From NCBI RefSeq assembly GCF_036588685.1, contig NC_086375.1, positions 92,690,001 through 92,754,000 on the forward strand: a stretch of DNA of 64,000 nucleotides. Reading direction: 5' to 3'. Positions within the stretch are counted from its first letter, which is position 1. Each line of letters starts with the position of its first letter. The notes under the pieces were generated by a model. It was not told the DNA's origin. It saw only the letters and a list, made by a program, of their open reading frames with translations, and did no database searches. Made by a program: the position numbers and the translations under genes. This DNA is from Mytilus trossulus (Eukaryota). Of the stretch, positions 34,084-46,000 are shown in pieces.

Positions 34084-37000
34084 TTAAAACTCTGTTTCAA
34101 ATCTCCCCGATTTTGTCCTGAAAGTGCGTGGAAATTCAGGTAAAGCATCACCTGATGTCAATGATACACTTCCATCATCGTCCTCAACTTCTTCTGTACA
34201 ATAGGGCAATGGTTCAGATATCATTACACCTTTTGTGTTTGGTCGTGTATCACCGCCATATTGTGAAACGGATGTTATGGCACCAAATCCAGTTGTGGTA
34301 GGTCTTGACATTAATCCAAAACTTAGACCTGTTATTCCTGTCATTCGCGTAATAACTCCATAGTTTCTTTGAAATTCAAACGGAGGAGGAAGTCTGCCTG
34401 GGATGAATATTATAACACCGACAGCAATCGTCTGCTTCATGTCACGGATTATAATTCTTCCAAGTGAAGGGTAATCAAAAAAACATTCAACGCATATCGG
34501 ACGAATAGGTTTTAAGTCAACAACACCCAATTCACCTGGACGCAGGCATGACGGATTTTCTTCTGCGCATTGGCCTGTTCGTCTATCACATCGTTCTTTT
34601 ATTTCTAAGAACTTGCAGGCGACCATTGACGTATGACAATGCAGAATAGGGGTGTAACCCTTCTTTATAGTACCCGGATGATTTAATATCATTATCTGAA
34701 AATATAAATGTGTTATGTGTATTTCATCTCGATTCATCACAGTGAACTATCTTCATCACAATCTATTGAAAAATAATAATTATGTTACCGTTCAAGTATC
34801 TCGAGAAATTCACAAAAATATATCTGATACTCAACTCATTTTCTAAAATATTTTACACGAGGAGGAGATGAACTTATATTGACTTGATATAACCCGTTCT
34901 GCTAATTTGTCTAACTAATGTGTATTCTTGATTATTTTTTTCTTTTCAAAAAGGGCAAATCATTCATTTACCAGTAATGCAAACTTTGACAGAATGTAGA
35001 TGATCGCCTCTGACAATCAGGTATTCAAACATTATTTGAGGGAGGTGATAAATATATTGAAGGGCACGCACACTATTTGACGGACGTTGTGCAAAGAATC
35101 ATTATGATGGTTACCAAATAAGAAACGGAGTTCAACTAAAAAATGATATTTCTATAAATATATACTTGAACACACCCGTGATATCGCGGGTCCGTGACTG
35201 AATTAAAATATATAACTATGCGTATGCCTTATTTTAGTATTGGTATTGTCATCTGATAAAGTCCCGCCATGCCGATTATAAGATGCACAGTTTTCTCTAC
35301 TTTCAAAATCTTTCTGTTTGAACCCGTCGACCTGGAACCTATCAATTATTGGTAATATTAATATTGGAAAACAAAACGGCTTGGAATGGAGTATCTTTTA
35401 CTCAACAGTATACAGCAAAATTCTAAATACACCGTTTGGTGGTGCGCCTGTCAGATGCGGAACGTACAGATGAGGTAATAGGTAACAGATGAATATACTA
35501 TTGGTATCGGTGTCGGATTCGATCCGGAACTTCTTAATTATTGGCAATATTAATTACGTGGAAAACAAAGGGACCTGGAGTGGTGTAATTTTTAATCAAC
35601 ATCATTGTACTATATTAGTTACATGTAAAGTTGAATTCTTTGATTCATCGTTTTTACGTGATGACGGCTGACAAATTGGACCTCGTAATTTTAGTATTAT
35701 AGATATGATCTACGCAGCGATGTTTGTAAAAATACTGAAATGAATCTCTAAGGTATTTCAACATAGAGCATATTTTTTAGGGGATGTCTATTGTTTTGTA
35801 ATTTACATGGACATTTATGGGGACTGTTTTATAAGTCGCATTGCTGAATATGACGGCGTGAGAATGATCGAAAATAACCGATTGAGTAGGGAATGTATTT
35901 ATACCTGAGCAGTAAACTGTGTGACGGCTTGTGGTGGATCGTCACAGGTATCCCCACACACATCACCTTTCCTGATGTCTTTAAGTGTATAATTCTCAAT
36001 CTGTATCCCCACATTGTCACCTGGCCTTGCTTCATCCATAACTTCTCGAAAAACTTGCACTGCCCGTACCTGTATGAACGAACAACTGATGATTATTCAA
36101 CAGGTTAACATACCACTTCGGAAAAAAAATCAGCTTTTGATTTCTGAACATCAAATTTAAGCAATACTGAAATGCCTCATCGTATTCCAAATTAAAAATG
36201 AAGTTGTTTTCATTTGATTATTTCCTTACAGTATAAATCAAACGTGTTTTTTATGTGGGTAGGGAATAGAAGGTCTCATACTTGCACTGCCCGGACCTAT
36301 ATGAACGAAACTCTGATGATTATTCAACAGGTTAACATACCACTTCGAAAAACAAAATCAGCTTTTGATTTCTAAACATCAATTTCAATCAATACCGAAA
36401 GGCCGCAACGTATTCCAAATTAAAAAAAATCAATTGAAGTTGATTTCATTTTATTACGTCCTTACAGTATAAATTAAATGGGTTTTTCATGTGGGTAGGG
36501 AATACAAGATCTCATAGAATGAACACAAATTATAGTTCAAATGATGTTCCTTAAAACAAATAATCTCAACTTTAAAATACGTATATCTAATACCAAGACA
36601 CATACTTCTTAATCTTGATTGAACTGTAAAATTCGATGGACTGTTTTCTAATATATGTTAACCCTTAACATTTGAAAAATAATTGAATTGTGGAATTCCA
36701 TGCAACTGTTATACAAGTGGGTGGTTTAGCTATCTATAAAAACAGGTTTAATCCACCGTTTTCTACCAAAAAAATGTCTGTATCAAGTCAGAAATATGAC
36801 AGCTGTTATACATTCGTTTGATGTTTGAGCCTTTGATGTTCCCATTTTATAAGAGACTTTCCGAATTGAATTTTCCTTGGAGTTCGACATCTTTGTTATT
36901 TTACTTTTTACTCCTCAAGTAATGGCCAGGCATAACAAACACAATTAAGGTGGTACCTAACACTACAGGGAGATAACTCTGTAATATCAGCTAAACGTTT

Positions 37001-40000
37001 TAATTACGTTGTGTTGTAAAAGGAATATTAACAGTTATCAAAGGTACCAGGATTATTAAGCTTCTCAATGATCAAAATAAGTGTTTGTCAAACTGCTATA
37101 TAACCAGTGTAATTTTTCTGATAAAACGGTTGGTTCAAATCTTTTGAAATTTTTATATTTTTGGCAAAGGGTCAAAGTAAATACTTTGTCAAAATTTTAA
37201 GAAAATTAAACGAGCCAAATGAATTGTAGTTAAAGTGTTAGGTACCACCTTAACAACTGGAAAGGTATTGTATTTATTTTCTTCTTCGAAGGAACGAGTT
37301 GGACAATTTGGAGTAAGATGTTTCAAACATTAACGAAAGCGGAACTTCGAAATAATTAATAATTTTCTGAAGCAAGTTTGGTTGAACAAAAGTGGCATAA
37401 GCAACTATGTTGACAGACAAATCTGAAGACAAACATCGCCTTTTAATAAAATTATTGGTTCTGATAAACCGTTATTTATCATATGAATCTTTTCTGAAAT
37501 TAAAATGTCCTGGTTCTTTTCTAACTTCGAAGGTATCAACAATAAGTTAGCGAATAGTTGTTGCCTATAATAACTCTTGTAGCTGATCAAATTGAAAGAC
37601 GTTTAATATAGCAAACATGTTCTAATTAAAGCCAAAATAAACTCATGTAATATCTACTTCTGTGTCAATCTGTATTTTATTGGTTGTTTATTGAATGTCA
37701 TTCGAACGTTTCCTCTTTGAAAGATGCACTGTAGTTTTTTTGACTTTAAAATGAAATATGATTGGGATGATTTTTTTTGGTTTTTTATTTTGTTTAAGTG
37801 ACATTTTCGAAAGAAATTTCTATAAAACTAAATTATACCACATTAAAAAAACAATTTGCACTCAACGTATCGTCTTCTGTGTTCCAAAATAAACATTAGC
37901 ACGATACTGCCAAACAGATTGATTGCATAACCTCCTGTATAGCAACAGAAAATTAACTTGCTAGAATACATTACTCTGTCGTGGTCATTTATTTTGATTC
38001 AAATTGAGAACGCTACTGTTTTGTAAATTCCTTTCATAATTAACGATGGTGACAGAGTCTTTCATCATGGTACAAAATACACAGAATTTAGATGAAAATT
38101 ACAGGAAGCTGTGTGAAAATCGATGGAGAGAAATTTTGTAGAGAAACAAGAAACACAATTATTAGGCCTGTAATTTGGTTTTCCACATCTGTTGCAACGA
38201 GATTGTAAATTTAGTTAACAAGTCAATACATACAAATTACCCGCAAAATTGAACACATACATTTCAATACAAACATAGTATTTATTCTTTATGCGAACGA
38301 TTTTTTGAGAAAATGATTCTTGCTTGAGAGCTTGAATTTACATTTACTTCAAACAATATTCAATAGGGCAGTGATTTAATACGTAGAAATTGCATCTTTT
38401 ATTCAAGAGAATATTTAAATGAAATTATGAACCTTTTGAAATTTGTCTAGTTTAGATTGGAATTCTTCAATTAAAAAGATTATCAAACTGTTTTCAATGA
38501 ATAAGCGAAATTACGTGATATAAACGTATGTTGTGTTAGCATGGTTATAAAGCTGCACTTATTTTACCATCATCAGTTCATTGAACTTGCACACAACTGT
38601 TTTTGGGAGCCAGCTGAAGCCCGCCTCTGGGTCCCGAAATTTTTCACTTTGTTGAAGACACATTGGTGGCCTCAGTCGTTTTTTTGCTCTCTGCTCAGTT
38701 TGTTTTCTTTTTGACATATTCCTCATTTCCATTCTAAATTTAAATAGGTTTTCGCAAATAATGGGTGTTAAGTAGCTTAATTAAAGCTCAATTTTAGATA
38801 TTTTGATTCAAGTTATCCTGTCATTCAAATTTAACCAATGATTCAATTTGCAATATTTTTTTTAAATATTATAAGCAAGAATGGTTGATATGGACATAAA
38901 GTTAAAACTTTTAATTTTCATTTTGCAGATGATATGCTTAAAGAACTATAGACAATATTATTTTCATACTTTGAACGACATCATTTTATATCTCTACCTG
39001 TGTGACATTAACATTCTGACATTATACGCGCGATTCAACATTAGAACAATATTGATCTGGCCATTCGGTCCACACATTTCAATCGTTTATGGGTGGATTT
39101 AACAAACATAAATAAAATTTAAAAAAAAAAGAAAGCAATGAATGAGATTGTTTCATTTGATATATGCATTTTGTGCATCTTTGTTATATATTTGTTTGTT
39201 TTTATTAGTATTAAGATACTTTTGGTACATGTAAATTTTGACATTTTTAAAATTGAGAGAGGAAATGGTGAATGTATCAAAGCGGCTACCACCCGACCAT
39301 AGAGAAGAGAACATACGAAGGCAACCAATGGGTTTTCTAATATGCTTTGTCTATATGTCTTCTGGTGTAACTTCGAAAACTTGTTTGTTGCTCGTCTTTC
39401 ATTTTTGCTATGTGCTTTGTCTATATAGATATAGGAAGATGTGGTGTGAGTGCCAATGAGACAACTCTCCATCCAAATAACAATTTAAAAATTAAACCAT
39501 TATAGGTTAAAGTACGGCCTTCAACACGGAGCCTTGGCTCACACCGAACAACAAGCTATAAAGGGCCCCAAAATTACTAGTGTAAAACCATTCAAACGGG
39601 AAAACCAACGGTCTAATCTATATAAAAAAAACGAGAAACGAGAAACACGTATATATTACATAAACAAACGACAACTACTGTACATCAGATTCCCTTTTTA
39701 TGTTTCTTCGTTACATATATGACGTAGATCTGTACTTATACATCCCGTCATTGTGTTATTGTACTATGGTTAATTTGTGTAATTTTTACTAATATGCTTG
39801 GTCTGTATGACGTTTTGTGCTCCTTTGTTACATGTTTATATGTGTTTTTAGTTATTATGATTAAAGCACAATGTTGACTGCTGTAATATGAACATTTTCA
39901 CCTATTATGTCTGTTTGTTGTGTTCACGCATCGATGTCAACATAATGGAATTTGATGTGACTGTCATACAATTGAGAGGTTAAGTTAGATACAACACCAG

Positions 40001-43000
40001 GTGCGATTAACAATTTTCCACATAAGAAAATGTCTGTACCAAGACAGGGATATGTCAGTAGTATCCATACGTTTGATGTGTTTGAGTTTTTGATTTTGCC
40101 ATTTGATAATGGACTTTCCGGTTTGATTTTTTGATTTTTTTTTTGATTTTGCTTTTTTCCAATACTGAATCATGTCATTAAAAATTAATACACAGGGAAC
40201 ACGTTATCATATTTCCTCCTTTCCTATTATATTACCCTTGGATGAATATTGATTGGAGCATAATTGACACCCGTGTCTTGGTGTATATAACCTGAGTTAT
40301 ATGTGAGTAACATAAACGCACAGGGGACCAGTTATTATATGTCCTCCTTACCTTAGGATGGATATTGTTTGGAGCATAATTGACACACGTGTCTTGTTGT
40401 ATATAACCTGAATCATATTTGAGTAATATAAACGCACAGGGGACTAGTTATTACATATCCTCCTTACCTTAGGATGAATATTATTTGGAGAATAACTGAC
40501 ACCCGTGTCGTGTTGTATATAACCTGAATCATATTTGAGTAATATAAACGCAAAGGGGACCAATTATGATATGTCGGCCTTACCTTAGAGTGAATATTGT
40601 TTGAAGCATAACTGACACCCGTGTCGTGTTGTATATAACCTGAATCATATTTGAGTAATATAAACGCAAAGGGGACCAATTATGATATGTCGGCCTTACC
40701 TTAGAGTGAATATTGTTTGAAGCATAACTGACACCCGTGTCGTGTTGTATATAACCTGAATCATAGCTGAGTAACATAAACGCAAAGGGGACCAAATATT
40801 ATATGTCGTCCTTATCTTAGAGTGAATATTGTTTGGAGCATAACTGACACCCGTGTCGTGTTGTATAACCTGAATCATATTTGAGTAATATAAACGCAAA
40901 GGGGACCAAATATTATATGTCGTCCTTACCTTAGAGTGAATATTGTTTGGAGCATAACTGACACCCATGTCTGGTCGGATATAACCACAGTGTATTCGTC
41001 CAGCTGTCACAATACCTATTTCTGAAATAGTATTACATCGATACATAACAGCAGGAGCCTGTAATTCAGTGGTTGTCGTTTGTTTATGTGTTACATATTT
41101 GTTTTTCGTTCATTTTTTTACATAAATAAGGCCGTTGGTTTTTTCGTTTGAATTGTTTTACATTGTTTTATCGGGGCCTTTTATAGCTGACTATGCGGTA
41201 TGGGCTTTGCTCATTGTTGAAGGCCGTACGGTGACCTATAGTTGTTAATGTTTTTGTCATTTTGGTCTTTTGTGGATAGTTGTCTCATTGGCAATCATAC
41301 CACATCTTCTTTTTTATATTATACCTATAAATGAAAACATATCTCTAACAAATAATATAATATATCTCATCGGACTTTGTCTAATGCTTAGTCTGTTTCT
41401 GTGTGTTTTACATTTTTAAGTTGTGTCGTTGTTCTCCTCTTATATTTTAAGCGTTTCCCTCAGTGTTAGTTTGTTACTCCGATTTTGTTTTTTGCCCATG
41501 GAATTACGAGTTTTGATGATGCCTTTATTTATAAAGCAATACAACTTCATATTAAAAAGTAAAAACACAAAAATACCGAACTCCGAGGAAAATTCAAAAA
41601 GGAAAATCAAAAATCAAAAGGCAAAATCAAAAGTCCAAACACATCAAACGAATGGGTAACAACTGTCATATTCCTGACTTGGTACAGGCATTTTCTAATG
41701 TAGAAAATGGTGGATTGAACCTGGTTTTATAGCTAGCTAAACCTCTCACTTATATGACAGTCGCATCAAATTCCATTAAATTGTCAACGATGCATGAACA
41801 AAACAAACATACTCAAAGAGTAAAAATGTCAAAATAGGGGTACAACAGTCAATATTGTGTTATCATCTTAATATCTCTACATAAACAACAAATGTAACAA
41901 AGAAGCACAAAAAGGCATACATTAATTTAACATTCTCATTTTGCTTTTCTTATACGGCTGAATTTATCTATGTAAAGTCTACCCATAATGATAGAAGGTT
42001 TCATTACTGGTTTAAAAATGCGCGTTTGAAATTCGCACAGGTAGACATAAAAATAATTTTGTCGTATGACGGCATACATAAATGAAGACTTACGTAAAGT
42101 TAATATAACAAAAACAGACTTAACAGTAAAAGTAATAATAATAAATAAAATAATGGTGTGGTTCAAAGTATGACGGGATACATAAGAACAGTTTCACGTC
42201 AAATACGGCTGCATTTATCTAGTATGTAAAGTCTACCCATAAATGATAGAAGGTTTTCATTACTGGTGTAAAATAGCGCGTTTGAAATTCGCACAGGTAG
42301 ACATAAAAAATAATTTTGTCGTATGTCGGCATACATAAATACAGACTCACGTAAAGTAGATATACCAAAAACCAGACTTAACAGTAAAAGTAATAATAAT
42401 AAATAAAATAATGGTTTGGTTCAAAGTATGACGGGATACATAAGTACAGTTTCACGTCAAATGTATATCATGAAAAACAGACTAAACAGAAAAAGTAGTA
42501 TTATTGAATAAAATAGTTTTGTCATTCATAGTATTCAAGATCCTTAAGTAAAAGTAATTTCAAAGTATGTGGTTTTACATTACCACTGAGTCACTTCAAA
42601 TGATTATCTAAAAAAGACTTATAAAAGAATTCTATAATACGTAATTAAGATGATAACAAACGTCAGTACGCAAAATCTATCCTTCAAGACCATCTTGTAT
42701 TATTTGTGAAGTTGATACGGAATATTTATCAACAAGTTCTGGGTATCTTCCGATGAACTTTTTTAGAAAAAGGACGAGACGTTCTTTGACATACCCCTGG
42801 TTCATCAACTTTCTGCTCAGACACTGGTGACGTTTTACAAAGTCTGAATAGGAGCTGCAAGCTCTTGAATACCTAATAAGTTGGGAAATGTATATTCCAT
42901 ATGCAGGTGAAGTTGGTATATTACTACTTAGGTGGGGAAAATTGATAATTTCAAAATTAAAATCGTCTCGTTTGTCATAGATTCTGGTACTGAGATGACT

Positions 43001-46000
43001 GTGTATGTCAAATTCGAGGTATAAGTCTAAAAATGAGGCGGAGGAAGCCGTGTCTGTGGTCTCTTTAATTTCTAGTTCTGGTGGGTATATTAATGGAATC
43101 CAATCAGAAAAGTTCGGATTGTTAATGGAAAGAACATCATCAATATATCTGAAAGTGAAATTAAATAACCTGGCTTCTTTGATCTTCTTGTTTTTGACAA
43201 GTGTCTGAAGGAACTCCGATTCATATGAAAATAAGAAGAGATCAGCAAGGAGAGGCGCACAGTTCGTTCCCATAGGAATGCCGACAATTTGTTGAAAAAG
43301 TCTACCTCCAAATTCAACAAATATGTTGTCAATAAGAAACTCCAGCATACTGATCACTTGTTCCTCTGTGTAGTATATTTTACCCTTTTGTTCCTTATTA
43401 ACAAAATATGCCTTATGGTATCCCAAAGTGATAAATTTATATCGTATGCTACCATTTTTATGATGAAAAGCATTGTGGATTATTTCTTTTAGACGGTTTT
43501 TCAATTTCACATGGGGAATGGTTGTATACAAGGTTGAAAAATCAAAAGTTTTAATAGAACTAATTTCAGAAAAAGACCGAGATTTAAAATTATCAAGAAG
43601 TTCTTTAGAGTTTTTCAGAATCCACATATGGTTAATACCACTACGAGAGTAAACAGTTTCACAGTATATCTGAAGACCCTCTTTAACTGCGGACAGAATT
43701 TTAGTCAGTCTAATGGACAATTCTTTAGTAGAACAAGCAGATGAGCCGGCAATGTACCGTTGTTTGTACGGAATTTTGTGAAGTTTAGGTATCCAATACA
43801 AACAAGGTAAGTCCTCCGATTTGTCGTTCAATGCAATGTTCATAGAAGCCATGAAGGACTTATGATTCGCCAAAATCTCATCCTTGTCAAATGATATGTT
43901 TTTGTATGTGGGATTACCAGAGTGTTCATTTATTCCTAATTCTTTTATAAGACACTCGTAGTAATACGATTTACATACAAACACAATATTATTTGAAGCT
44001 TTGTCCGCAGGAACAACAACATACTTATCTTGAAGAGATGATAGACATTTCACAGCCTCTTTGTCACTGAAAATGGACTTAGGTCGATCATTCACACAGT
44101 TTTTCAATTTATGAATGCGACGTTTTATCAGAGACCTGATTGTTTTGACCCATTCTGACAAGGTGTCCAGTTGAACTTCTTCTCGCTTAGCCCATGCTCT
44201 GGCGTAGTTCTCAATGGAATCCATAATTATTTTGAAGTTATGGTTCCAATTGATGTGTTGGGGTTCTCTAAACTTAGGACCACGAGAAATCACCTTTCGG
44301 AGATTATCATGTTGAATTATGTTTAGATCCCCAGTAATAACATGGCCAGAGGGGCTGTAATTGTAAGGCGAGTTGGAACAATCACATGTCAGAGGTTTTT
44401 TTAGGTATTGTTCTAAATCAAGGTCATGTAATGCTTGTTTATAGTTAAATATTTTGGATGCAATGGTTTTGGTGTAACTGTAGGATACAATAGGAACAGA
44501 CTGATTTTGAAAATAAATAGGAATTTTAGATGTTACCTCCTTGTTATGTAGAACGTTGCTGATGTTGATTGCATCAATTCCTCTATTGTTAAAGTGAACA
44601 GGAAGGAATTTTCTCTTTTCCTCATGTAAAGGTTCCGATCTTACTGGTTTAAAGAGACGGAAAAGAGCTACATCACAAATTATACTGACAAGTCTGTATA
44701 TTGGAGAAAATGTATTAGTACCTCCTTTGTCAAGTGCATAATCTCTCAAACATTTTAGAAAATTAACCGGCAGTGAAAAAAGAATAGTTCTAATGTAATG
44801 TAACCCTAACGGATGATGCAGATGAGAAAGAAGGTCATCAAAGCTTCCAGAGGCCGATCTAGATTTGTTTACTGTTCGAACCAGTGAAAGATTAAAGAGC
44901 AGCCAATGCATTGCTACAGAACGAAAGACATTTAAAGATTGAAAATCGTTTACTTATTATGTTTTATACGACTTTCACTGACCGAGTAATACAGTAATTT
45001 TATTTCAGAAAGGAATTTTTATTAATAAAAAATCGTTCCTTGGGCGCCTTTGATATTGAATGGTAGAATATGGAACATAGAAGTTCACACTGATAACCAT
45101 GATAACCATGGCGTCATTCTACTTTTAATCTATGAGTTTATATATCCTTCTGGTATATTTCGAACTATTTGATATAACTGAAGTAGTTGAATTCAGAAAT
45201 TGATGGCAACCTGTAAATATTTGAAATATTGCTACACTTAAATGGGAAATTATTATGAAACACAAGCAAAATTATCGGACTAAAAGCAAAACGGACCGAA
45301 AGCAACTGACGCAAGCAAAAGTGTCGAACCAAAAGCAATATAATCGGACAAAAAGCAAAACGTAACAAAAGCAACGGACAAAAATTAAAAATGTCGGACA
45401 AAAAGCAAACTTATTGGATAAAAGCTCTCTCATAACTCTTAAAATTTTTAATAATATCTAAATTTCTTCACATTAACAGAGTCTTCTTTACGACAGTATT
45501 GTTGGATCTGTACTGAATTATTCTTCCAAAATATGGGATTTTCACAACGCCATCGACAAAGAAATAATTCATCAACGGTTTGTTTTAAAAGTAGGTAAAA
45601 TTGCTCCTATTGTTTTCTAGCTTGGTCATGTATCTATGTATGTTATGACAAAACAATTTATCTTAATGTATTGGTAACGTATTAATATATATATATAAAC
45701 TTATAAAACGATGGGAATCAAGATAAAATCAATTGGGCATCTAATGTACGTGATTTGTTAGTCTTGAACATTTGGATATACCAGAATAATTTTGTTATAA
45801 CCTTTGACGTCATAAAGACACGCATTTAAGACCAATATCTACAAAATTGGTCAGCAGCTATATATATTCATTAGAAATAAAGTGTTTATAGATCTTTATA
45901 GAAATGTAAAGATTGATTTGTGTCTTGGAAATTATTTAAGCTACATTAGCAATGTTAAAATTCTTACAAAACTACGAAGTGGTAAATTGAACTAAATGTT

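Noticed and set aside
40464-40795. 71-aa ORFs MVPFAF...
   Set aside because: Translation of the 116-bp intronic array. Only 41021-40930 is a supported exon.
42677-44911. Selenoprotein-type Naiad or domesticated RT gene
   Set aside because: No in-frame TGA. It has a 5'-truncation and many decayed sibling fragments, as expected of an ordinary young TE copy.
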